Of a stretch of DNA of 64,000 bases, positions 12,414 through 20,935 are shown piece by piece (the stretch's first letter is position 1; each line of letters opens with the position of its first letter). The notes beneath the pieces were generated by a model. It was not told where the DNA came from, did not search any database, and saw nothing but the letters and a program-made list of their open reading frames with translations. Location of the stretch: NCBI GenBank assembly GCA_038893355.1, contig JAWARQ010000001.1, positions 192,001-256,000 of the forward strand, in the 5' to 3' direction. This DNA comes from Sulfolobaceae archaeon. Lineage in GTDB: Archaea > Thermoproteota > Thermoprotei_A > Sulfolobales > Sulfolobaceae. Made by a program: the position numbers and the translations under genes.

Positions 12414-12931
12414 TAAACTATTTGTTAAATAAAACTCATTACTAAATTAAAACAAGATTTATGTTTTTTTAAAACAACCCAAGAGCACTCTCTTATGAGC
12501 GAAGAGTCAGAACTTATTGTACAATCCGCAAATGAGATTGTAAAACAATTAGATACAACTTCTGAAGAACAAGGTATTTTCCCAGAAAGAACTTAGCATT
12601 GTTAGTACAACAAGGTTTCATGGGAATTCTAGTTCCTAGTTCAATTAAAAATATTAAGGAGGTCATTTAAGCTAATAACTTCTTTGTACTGAAGGTAGTA
12701 TTAGCAATGCTCTCAATTAATGTTAAGTCTCTATTTCCTTAACCTCACACATTTTAAAGACGGGACAAATAAGCAGAGTAAGGAACCAGAGCTTACAAAT
12801 CTCAGCGTACTTAGATTTACAAGCCCAAATCCCAATAGAGTATTATTAAAATGACGAGTTGACAAGAACTGATCTGTTAGGCAATTCTAACTTTCCCGAA
12901 AATATTTAACTTCTCTCTACAATTCCCTCTT

Positions 12932-14686
12932 ATGTTACCATTAGTATTAGAGAGAGTATGTGAGGACACCTACGATAAGCTCACCAAGGAGTACAAGGAA
13001 ACCTACTTTGAAGAACCATCAATAGAGCAAAGGAACGCGTGGAGAAAACTTCTCTCCATTTTAAAGGAATTGAATACTCCCCACCCAATTATAATGGAAT
13101 ACCCGATATTTACCGAAAGGGTGGACTTAATCTTCGTGGACAAGGATAAAGCCCTAGTCGTTGAGGCTAAGGGTTGGAAAAGCGTAAAGCGGGTTGATGA
13201 CTTAACAGTAATCGCTGATGAAAAACTCAGACAAGATCCTTGTTATCAATTGCAGAACTACGTTACTAAACTCAACACCTACCACTCCTCAAATATAAAG
13301 TTTGAAGGCTTACTATTCCTTTACAATACTTCAGATTACTCTTCAGAGTGTAAGATAGTAAGAAGTGTAAATGAATTAAGAGAGGAACTAAAGAACTATC
13401 CCGCTGGGGATGAAAACGACGTGAGAAGGATTACAGAAGGTAGCCTTGAGTTAAAGCAAGGTTTCACTGACTTTGTGAGAAAGGTAAAGGAGTTAAAACT
13501 CAAAAACGTCGCAAAGGCCTTAGTCTCTCAAGGCTTCGGCTTAACCGAGGAACAGACACTCGTGCTTGAAAACGTTATTAAGGCTTTAGAAAAAGGGGAG
13601 GAAGGGAAGAACTTCTTAATAAAAGGCGAGAGCGGTTCCGGTAAAAGTCTCCTAGCCGTTACCCTTTATCTCGAGGCCTTAAGCAGGGGGTACTTTGCTA
13701 TACTATCTTATAAAAATAATAGATTGATTAACGTTGTGAGACAAGCTTTAGGCAGTGAACTCTCGATGTACGTCCTATTTTATTCCACCGGTCGCGGTTT
13801 TGGTATAGGAGAAAAGAGGTTTGAGGAGTGGTTTAAGAAAAGGTTCGGCAATAGGAGAATTGATTTAATAGTTTTTGATGAGGCGCAAAGAATGACAATT
13901 GACGTAATGAGGAACTCACCTAGGGGTAGGATTAACGTGTACTTTATAGATGATAAGCAAGTGCTTATAGGCAATGAGGCGGGTACTGAGGAAAACTTCC
14001 GAAAGAACGTCCCGAATCTTGAGGTTTATGAACTCTCATCCCCCTTCAGAGAGCCCAAGGTATATGTTAATGCTGTAAAGGATTTGCTTAATGGTAAGAG
14101 GGTTACTATCTCGTCCTTTGAATTTAGAGTGTTTGATGACATAAGGGATATGCTTAGGGAGTTGGAGAATAGGAAGAGGGAGGGGAGGAAAGTAGCACTA
14201 ATTTGCAGTTTCACGGAATCAAGGGGTGATAAAGACAACCCGCAAAGTATTGAAAATGTGAGGATAGGTTACCCTCTTCCTTCTCGTTTCGATTTATATA
14301 AAGAAGTTGGAGTGAACGTTAGGTGGTTAATGGATGAGGAAACTGAATATCCTAAATACTGGAGCGGGGAACTCGACCCCTTAAAGTACTGTTCTTCAGT
14401 TTACGGCGCTCAAGGTTTTGAGGCTGAATACGTTGGGGTTGTTTGGGGGAGGGATTTGGTCTGGAGGGATGGAGGGTGGACTGTAAATTCCGAGCCCATT
14501 ACGGATTACGTTGGGGGTAGGGATTCGTTAATGGATTTGGCTAAGAGTGATAAAAGGAGGGCCCTAGAGCTTCTCAAGAATAGGTATTATATAATGCTCA
14601 CCAGAGCAACTAAAGGGGTTTATGTGTTTTTTGAGGACAAGTTGACTGGGGAGAAGGTTAAGGAGTTGGTTAGTTACAAGAAGTAG
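12932..14686 (+). CDS. NERD/PD-(D/E)xK-like domain fused to a DUF2075 (Schlafen group 3-like) SF1 helicase
   Basis: ERVDLIF...VVEAKGW...DPCYQ; Walker A GESGSGKS; DEAQR; YGAQGFEAEYVGVVWGRD; NRYYIMLTRATKG. Confidence 0.85.
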   Translation: MLPLVLERVCEDTYDKLTKEYKETYFEEPSIEQRNAWRKLLSILKELNTPHPIIMEYPIFTERVDLIFVDKDKALVVEAKGWKSVKRVDDLTVIADEKLRQDPCYQLQNYVTKLNTYHSSNIKFEGLLFLYNTSDYSSECKIVRSVNELREELKNYPAGDENDVRRITEGSLELKQGFTDFVRKVKELKLKNVAKALVSQGFGLTEEQTLVLENVIKALEKGEEGKNFLIKGESGSGKSLLAVTLYLEALSRGYFAILSYKNNRLINVVRQALGSELSMYVLFYSTGRGFGIGEKRFEEWFKKRFGNRRIDLIVFDEAQRMTIDVMRNSPRGRINVYFIDDKQVLIGNEAGTEENFRKNVPNLEVYELSSPFREPKVYVNAVKDLLNGKRVTISSFEFRVFDDIRDMLRELENRKREGRKVALICSFTESRGDKDNPQSIENVRIGYPLPSRFDLYKEVGVNVRWLMDEETEYPKYWSGELDPLKYCSSVYGAQGFEAEYVGVVWGRDLVWRDGGWTVNSEPITDYVGGRDSLMDLAKSDKRRALELLKNRYYIMLTRATKGVYVFFEDKLTGEKVKELVSYKK

Positions 14687-14762
14687 TACGATTTCATTAT
14701 TTCTTTTGATAAATTTACACTTTTTGAGAACCCTCTGTTTTTCATAACATCAACTTTTTTAC

Positions 14763-14897
14763 ATGCTTGCAGTAAATTATCACGGTTTGAAGATTTATTT
14801 TAAGGATGAGGAGAGCCTAGAATCATTTTTGAGAAAATACGGTATCAGTAGGGAAGAAGTAGAGATAATCTTGGATTCGGAGGAATGGTCGAGATAA
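14763..14897 (+). CDS. Small hypothetical protein, 44 aa (MLAVNYHGLKIYFKDEESLESFLRKYGISREEVEIILDSEEWSR)
   Basis: Intact ATG...TAA ORF with globular-protein-like composition, inside the element. Confidence 0.5.
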   Translation: MLAVNYHGLKIYFKDEESLESFLRKYGISREEVEIILDSEEWSR

Positions 14898-14912
14898 TTT
14901 AACACGCGGTGG

Positions 14913-15091
14913 TTATGAACTCACAACTTTCTCTGAAATTTCATACACTTTTTCCGGCTCTAGTTCATCGTTCAGTCTTACGAAATAACCTTCTCCCACT
15001 TGAGCTATCCATGACCCGGTATACTTTCCTTTACACACTCCGTTCAGACTAGTGTGTTCCTAATTTTAAATATATCTATTGGTGTACTTGG
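14913..15091 (-). pseudogene. Degraded ORF remnant
   Basis: Open stretch LNGVCKGKYTGSWIAQVGEGYFVRLNDELEPEKVYEISEKVVSS* with a broken upstream part. Confidence 0.3.
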
Positions 15092-15281
15092 TTAAATTAT
15101 AGGTACAAAAATAATAGAATTACTCGATTAGGAGTTATGGTAAACTGAGGAGTTTAACGCTTTGAAACGTCTTACGTTTTCTGCTATCATTTTGTTCTAC
15201 TTTTCTTTAGCATTATGATTCTATTCCTTTAACATGCAACACAAAACGTTTCTTTTACACGTTTTAATGAAACGCTATCTA

Positions 15282-15324
15282 GCCTGCCGAGCCCTTGACC
15301 CGGGTTCAAATCCCGGCCGCGGCG
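15282..15324 (+). repeat. Right att repeat (tRNA-Asp 3' fragment)
   Basis: 42 of 43 bases identical to 10519-10561; the mismatch (15287) is the central anticodon base. Confidence 0.93.
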
Positions 15325-15453
15325 TAGTATAGATAATATTTATAATAACAACTACAGTATAGTAGAATTTAATTAATAAGAAATTTACTAAAATCTTAAA
15401 TTTTACTCTAATAAACTCTTTTATGCTTCATATCGAGGTTAAAGTATAGAATG

Positions 15454-15528
15454 CGGACCCGCCGGGATTCGAACCCGGGACCTTGGGTTCCGGAGACCCA
15501 CGCTCTATCCTGGCTGAGCTACGGGTCC
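15454..15528 (-). tRNA. tRNA-Arg(CCG)
   Basis: GGACCCGTAGCTCAG...TGGGTCT-CCG-GAACCCA...GGTTCGAATCCCGGCGGGTCCG. Confidence 0.96.
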
Positions 15529-15889
15529 TTTACATTCATTTAACTTTTGGATAAAATAATTAATAATTTCATTCACTCTTGGTTTTGCAAATAGAGAGCT
15601 TCCGTTATACTTGAACGAAATAATCAAATTCGTTGAGTTACCTATAAGTTCGCTGAACATGTCAAATACTATTGTTAGCTTATCTCTTTCCCCCTCTAAT
15701 ATATATTATTCTATCATAATCCGCGTCTATATAGAATCTATATTCTTTTTTTATTTCTTTAATTTTAATAATAACATTGTTTTTATCTTTTCTTTCTATT
15801 ATATCATTAAAAAATCTAAAAGGATTTAATAACATTGTTTTTATCTTTTCTTTCTTGCAATTTATACGAATTCTTATTGTTTTACTCAT
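15505..15889 (-). pseudogene. Frameshifted small alpha/beta protein (START/SRPBCC-like?), paralog of 22445-22780
   Basis: The 69-aa ORF continues as ERDKLTIVFDMF...NEIINYFIQKLNEC if one G is removed from the G5 run at 15690-15694; colinear by eye with the 111-aa protein. Confidence 0.55.
15769..15855. repeat. Perfect 29-bp direct repeat, two copies, 29-bp spacer
   Basis: TAATAACATTGTTTTTATCTTTTCTTTCT at 15769-15797 and 15827-15855. Confidence 0.9.
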
Positions 15890-16453
15890 TACTTGGCTAC
15901 CTCGTGATGTATACTTACGTAGTCGGTTCTCACAATAAGTATTCTCGTTAAAATTATTGTAATAGATACATGTTTTTATTGCTTATATTATGTCATTTTT
16001 TATAGCATAATGTTTTTAAATCAAATCAAATTTCCATTCTGTTCAAATCTAATATCTAGATATATTTCTATTAAATATTAACGTAATAAATATTAAATTT
16101 TTTAAAAACGAGGAAAATGATAGAAAGAAAATAATATCAGAACGTGTTTATTTCCCATTACTATCTAGTCGTTGTCTAATTTCTTAGTGGTAGTTCTATA
16201 ATAACTTTAGTCGTTAATAACAATCTCGCTTTATTCATATAATAATCTAAAGAGTTGAGGTTTGGAAATTGTCACTATTTTGTTAATAAATTATTAGATT
16301 GTAAAAAGTTACGCTTAATTAAGTGCCGATTTTAGGTAAGACCTATTTACACTTAACTTTTTAGCAGTAAAATTATAAATATATTATCACATGATTTAGG
16401 GGTATTTTTATGTTAGAAAAATTTATATAAAATCTTATGCAATATTATATAAT

Positions 16454-17404
16454 ATGAAAATACCGCTAGTAGGTGGGAGAGAGATAGAACCATCTGAACT
16501 AGGTTTCACATTAATTCACGAGCATCTAAAAGTAGAATCTGAGGCTGTAAAATTTCAATGGCCTCATCTCTATAATGATGAACTCGCATTAAAGCTTGCA
16601 GTTGATGAAGTTAAAAAGGTAATGAGATTTGGAGTAAAGAGTATATGTGATCCTACTGTTATGGGTTTAGGTAGGGATATAAGATTTATGGAGAGAGTAG
16701 TAAAAGAGACTGGAATCCAATTACTTGCAGCAACAGGTATTTATATTTATACTGATCTACCATTCTATTTTGTAGGAAGAAGTGTAGATGAGATAGCGGA
16801 TTTGTTCGTACATGATATTAAGCAAGGCATTCAAGGTACTAAAAATAGGGCCGCATTTATTAAATTTGCAACAGATGAACCTGGTGTAACGCCTGATGTG
16901 GAGAAAGTAATAAGGGCAGCTGCTATAGCTCATAAGGAGACTGGAGTTCCAATAATAACACATTCGAATGCTCATAAGCGTACTGGTTTAGATCAACAAA
17001 GAATCTTGAAAGAAGAAGGGGTAGATTTAGGGAGAGTGTTAATAGGTCATGTGGGAGATAGTGAGGATATAGAATACGTAAAGAAAATTATTGAAAATGG
17101 ATCATATGTTGGTTTAGATAGGTACGGTTTAGATTTATTCCTTCCGATAGAGAAAAGGAATGAAGTAGTTTTAAGGTTGATCAGAGAAGGTTATATAGAT
17201 AAGATCTTTCTCTCTCAAGATTATTGTTGTACGATAGATTGGGGAATTGCAAAACCCGAAAATAAACCTAAATTGGCTCCTAAGTGGTCTATGTCATTAT
17301 TATTTGAGGAGGTTATCCCTACGTTAAAGAGGCATGGTGTTAAAGATGAGCATATATATTTAATATTTGTAGAGAATCCTAAAAGATTCTTTTCTGGTAA
17401 GTAA
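16454..17404 (+). CDS. php: Phosphotriesterase-like lactonase (SsoPox/SacPox type)
   Basis: GFTLIHEHL, DPTVMGLGRD, IITHS, IGH, LDRYGLD and SQDYCCTIDWG motifs. Confidence 0.96.
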   Translation: MKIPLVGGREIEPSELGFTLIHEHLKVESEAVKFQWPHLYNDELALKLAVDEVKKVMRFGVKSICDPTVMGLGRDIRFMERVVKETGIQLLAATGIYIYTDLPFYFVGRSVDEIADLFVHDIKQGIQGTKNRAAFIKFATDEPGVTPDVEKVIRAAAIAHKETGVPIITHSNAHKRTGLDQQRILKEEGVDLGRVLIGHVGDSEDIEYVKKIIENGSYVGLDRYGLDLFLPIEKRNEVVLRLIREGYIDKIFLSQDYCCTIDWGIAKPENKPKLAPKWSMSLLFEEVIPTLKRHGVKDEHIYLIFVENPKRFFSGK

Positions 17405-17409
17405 GTAGA

Positions 17410-17429
17410 GCTGGGGGATAACCCCCAGC
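17410..17429. terminator. GC hairpin between the convergent lactonase gene and tRNA-Asn
   Basis: GCTGGGGG-ATAA-CCCCCAGC, a perfect 8-bp stem; function inferred. Confidence 0.45.
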
Positions 17430-17501
17430 GCCGGAGCCAGGATTCGAACCTGGGACCTTCCGGTTAACAGCCGGACGCTCTGCCAGCTAAGCTACTCCGG
17501 C
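17429..17501 (-). tRNA. tRNA-Asn(GTT)
   Basis: GCCGGAGTAGCTTAG...TCCGGCT-GTT-AACCGGA...GGTTCGAATCCTGGCTCCGGCG. Confidence 0.97.
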
Positions 17502-17682
17502 AAATCTCATTATACCATCCCTACTTAAAAAATTTATTTTCATGATAAAAAGTCATGAGATGTTCTTCTTTTTTAAATCTTAACCTAGGTTTGTTGATAT
17601 CTATAAAGTGGTAGCGCTTATTCTTTATATTTCACTTTATTTATAGAGAAGTTTAAATATCTAGCTCTGCCTAATTTTTAAT

Positions 17683-17760
17683 TGGTAGCGGGGCCAGGAT
17701 TTGAACCTGGGACCTCGGGGTTATGAGCCCCGCGGCCTAACCTGGCTGGCCTACCCCGCT
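17683..17760 (-). tRNA. Initiator tRNA-Met(CAT), CCA encoded
   Basis: A1-U72 pair, consecutive G-C pairs in the anticodon stem, CT-CAT-AA loop, ends ACCA. Confidence 0.96.
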
Positions 17761-17903
17761 AAACTACTAATTGATTTGGTATCATTTAAAGTTATTGCTT
17801 CAATAAACTTATTTTAAATAAATTAATATTTATTTTCCTATTTAATTTTATAAATTGTGACTATACATAAAACTTATAATAGCCTTAATTATAACATTAT
17901 TTA

Positions 17904-17980
17904 AGGAGGGTCTGGTAGGATCACTCCCGGGAGTAGCTATCATAGCTTCGATGAGCGGGAGTCCATAGAATTCCATTATA
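17904..17980 (+). ncRNA. K-turn sRNA, H/ACA-like
   Basis: Stem ACTCCCG/CGGGAGT, K-turn GGA...GAT-GA, apical AGCTA/TAGCT stem; its own TTATAA box at 17874; ATA rather than ACA 15 nt below the stem. Confidence 0.65.
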
Positions 17981-18016
17981 GAATAGTTTATATCCTAGAT
18001 TTTAAGAATAATTTCT

Positions 18017-18583
18017 GTGCCGAAGAAGAAAGGCGAGAGAGTATTAATAGCTATTAGAGAAGATCTTGTTGAAGAGATAAATAATATTGCAAATAAGCAT
18101 GGAAGAAATTATAGAGATATCATAGAAATGATTTTAGAGCAATTCATAAAAACATATCAATTACTTAATAAAATAGAAAACTTTCATTTATATTTTATAG
18201 TATCTTACGCGTTTTTAAATTCCGGATTTGGGTTCTACCATCCAGCCCTCGGATCTTCATATATTGATGGAAATTATTCAAACTTAGGAAGGATTTTAGG
18301 GAAACATTTTTTATCGATAGGAGTATTTAGTAAAGAATTAATTGAGATTATTTTAAAATTTCTTCTCCCGCCTAATCCTAATATAGTTGTCGAGGAAAAC
18401 AGTAACGAGATTATTTTAAGGCTAAATAGTGTAATAGTAAGTAGGCCAGAAAATTTAATTATGGCCAAGAATATTATTAATGGAATTATGGAGGTTAACG
18501 GTTATAAACTAGTTAAAGAAAATTTAGAAAACATAGGTGCACAATTTTTTACTGGAGAGATTAGGTATGTTAAGCGGGAATAA
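18017..18583 (+). CDS. Ribbon-helix-helix regulator-like protein with a C-terminal alpha/beta domain
   Basis: N-terminal RVLIAIREDLVEEINNIANKHGRNYRDIIEMIL fits the RHH pattern. Confidence 0.6.
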   Translation: MPKKKGERVLIAIREDLVEEINNIANKHGRNYRDIIEMILEQFIKTYQLLNKIENFHLYFIVSYAFLNSGFGFYHPALGSSYIDGNYSNLGRILGKHFLSIGVFSKELIEIILKFLLPPNPNIVVEENSNEIILRLNSVIVSRPENLIMAKNIINGIMEVNGYKLVKENLENIGAQFFTGEIRYVKRE

Positions 18584-18624
18584 TAGTGAAAGAATATTAA
18601 TTCTCTTGTTATGATTTCAGAATA

Positions 18625-19173
18625 ATGAGTGGTATATCTAATGCGAGTAAAAGAAGGGCACCTTGTTTTATGGATAGCAACTTATTGGAATTTGTTAAAG
18701 CTGAGTCTAAAAAGAGAAATACGAGTGTATATAGGTACACTAATTATTTGATAGAAAATTCTTTATATATCGAGACAGTAATTGGTATGCCGTTATCTCA
18801 AGTTAGAGAATTTTTAGAGATTCTTAAATCATTAATTGATGCAGGGGGAATGATAGTACCAGTAGTTTTTCTAGGCGAGTATTGTAATGCAGAAATGTGG
18901 AAAATTTATGGAAAATCTGTTATTAGATCTATGAAAAATTCTAAAAAGAATATATCTAAAAATGATCTATTAACGATATTTTTGTATTTCTTAAAACTAA
19001 TTCCAGGAAATTCAATAAGTAGCAGTGATAATAGTTTATCAGTACTCTCAGTATATCTTAAGAAAAAAACAGCAGAATGTATCTCAAATTTCTTTTATTC
19101 AGCAGCAGAGGTTGCAGGATATAATATTAAAATTGATATAGACGAGAATTATATGAAGATAGTAATAGAATGA
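18625..19173 (+). CDS. Second RHH-like protein, probable distant paralog of 18017-18583
   Basis: APCFMDSNLLEFVKAESKKRNTSVYRYTNYLI; similar length and layout. Confidence 0.5.
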   Translation: MSGISNASKRRAPCFMDSNLLEFVKAESKKRNTSVYRYTNYLIENSLYIETVIGMPLSQVREFLEILKSLIDAGGMIVPVVFLGEYCNAEMWKIYGKSVIRSMKNSKKNISKNDLLTIFLYFLKLIPGNSISSSDNSLSVLSVYLKKKTAECISNFFYSAAEVAGYNIKIDIDENYMKIVIE

Positions 19174-20054
19174 TATTTGCGGGTATAGATCCTGGCTCAG
19201 AATCCTATGGTATAGCATTTGTTGATGAGTTAGGCAGAATAATAAAATATATTGAGGTACCAACAGATTTAATTCCAAAGTATGTAATTTATATTATAAA
19301 ACTTATAAGAGATTTAAGGCCTAGTATAGTAGCCTTACCTTCAGGGCACGGTCTCCCTTTTGTAAATTCTAGGCAAATAGGTGATAATGAAATATTTTAT
19401 ATGACTTTAGCTGATCCTAATAAGACTGGACACCTAAGAAGCTTTCTAAGATATTCATTCCTGATAGAGGATGCATATACAATACCGAGTGTAAAAGAAC
19501 TCGAGAGTATAGCAGAGTATAAGAAAATAAATGTAATAGATTTAGGAACTTCAGATAAAGTTGCTTCAGCGTTTTTTTATAGGACATTTTTTGAAAGTTT
19601 TGTATTAGTTGAGTTAGGAAGAAAGTTCAGTAGTATAATAGTTGTTAAGGATGGACGGATTATTGATGGATTTGGAGGAACCTTTATAGGAATACCTGGC
19701 GGAATTGATGGAGAATTAGTATATTTAATTAGTAATTTTTCTAAACAAAAAATTAGTAAAGAAAGCATATATAATGTTTTAGAAAGAAAAAGGGGGTTAG
19801 AGATTATTAGAATTATAGCAGAGTGGTACTCTAGTAAGATTGATGCACCAATAATAGTCTCGGGAAAGAATAAGCATGAATTAGAAATAGGTTTAAAATT
19901 TGAGTTTAAATTTAAAGAAGCTGCAGTTGGTGCAGCATATATAGCTAATGCAATAGGTAGTGGGATTTTTAGAAGATTCTTAGAAATGCTAAAAAGTTCT
20001 GGAAATCCATTAATACATATTAGGTTAAAGGAATGGCAAGAAATTATGTTTTAG
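19170..20054 (+). CDS. DUF1464 family protein (ASKHA/butyrate-kinase-like)
   Basis: AGIDPGSES, LPSGHGLP, NVIDLGTSDK and GRIIDGFGGT motifs. Confidence 0.82.
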   Translation: MIFAGIDPGSESYGIAFVDELGRIIKYIEVPTDLIPKYVIYIIKLIRDLRPSIVALPSGHGLPFVNSRQIGDNEIFYMTLADPNKTGHLRSFLRYSFLIEDAYTIPSVKELESIAEYKKINVIDLGTSDKVASAFFYRTFFESFVLVELGRKFSSIIVVKDGRIIDGFGGTFIGIPGGIDGELVYLISNFSKQKISKESIYNVLERKRGLEIIRIIAEWYSSKIDAPIIVSGKNKHELEIGLKFEFKFKEAAVGAAYIANAIGSGIFRRFLEMLKSSGNPLIHIRLKEWQEIMF

Positions 20055-20935
20055 ATAGAGATATATTAATTGATGTTAATAATAATATATATGTAGCATT
20101 AACTAACTATAATCCGTATGGATATTATTTTGCATATTTAAAATACACATATACTGGAAGTGGTATATGGAAGGGATATGAGAGAGTATATAGATATTAT
20201 GGTGTCCATAATTTAATTAAATTAAACCAAGAGTTCATGTTCGAACCCTGCTATGATGTAAGTTTTCCTATATTAAGATGGTCAAAAATTAGATATCATT
20301 TGAAACCTGAAGAGTTTGTTGAAAAATTTTTGAAAAAATCACAAAATAATTTACAAGAGGAAATTCTAATAGAAGTTCTAGAAAAGATAGGAACGAAAGG
20401 AGTAGGAGTTACGGGTTCATTATTAGCTGGAATTTCACATAAATTATCCGATGTAGATATAATAATATATGGCTGTAAGAGAAGTATGGAATTTATAGAA
20501 TCTTTTCAAGGTTTCCAGAACGATAATGAATGGATAGTAGAAACTGCAGAAAATTATAAGATTGATATCTCCTTAGCGAAATTACTTTATGATAACAGAA
20601 GAAGAGGAATTTATAAAGGGGTAAAAATTTCAATTCTCTTTAATAGTGGAGAGACTGAAAAATACTGTAAGAAGATTTGTAGAAAATTAGGGAAAGTAAA
20701 ATTCTTAGGTAATATTGAAGGCGATTGTAAAGCCTTGTTTTATCCTGCTGAGGCACTAGTAAATGAAAGTAATGATGTTAAAGTAGATAAGATTATTTCA
20801 TATGAGGGTATATTCTCATCAGCTTTATTTGGTAATAAAAGGGTTTATGTTGAGGGAATGCTAATGGATTGTGAGGATGAGAAGATTGTCATTGTCGGAG
20901 ATAGAGAAATTAGAGGACTTATCAGACCCTTGTGA
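20033..20935 (+). CDS. Pol-beta-superfamily nucleotidyltransferase (COG1665-like)
   Basis: GVTGSLLAG-x5-SDVDIIIYG; N-terminal AYLKY; LFYPAE and SYEGIF. Confidence 0.8.
   Translation: MARNYVLDRDILIDVNNNIYVALTNYNPYGYYFAYLKYTYTGSGIWKGYERVYRYYGVHNLIKLNQEFMFEPCYDVSFPILRWSKIRYHLKPEEFVEKFLKKSQNNLQEEILIEVLEKIGTKGVGVTGSLLAGISHKLSDVDIIIYGCKRSMEFIESFQGFQNDNEWIVETAENYKIDISLAKLLYDNRRRGIYKGVKISILFNSGETEKYCKKICRKLGKVKFLGNIEGDCKALFYPAEALVNESNDVKVDKIISYEGIFSSALFGNKRVYVEGMLMDCEDEKIVIVGDREIRGLIRPL

Noticed and set aside
12495-12596. 33-aa ORF MSEESELIVQ... as a partner of the DUF2075 gene
   Set aside because: No recognisable motif such as MazG ExxD; probably a gene remnant.
15282-15324. tRNA-Gly(GCC) gene or split-tRNA half
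   Set aside because: Only the 3' half is present and it matches tRNA-Asp; no promoter or complementary leader, so it is the att repeat.
15769-15855. Mini-CRISPR array
   Set aside because: Only two repeats, no terminal GAAA(G/C), a short spacer, located inside an ORF, and no cas genes in the window.
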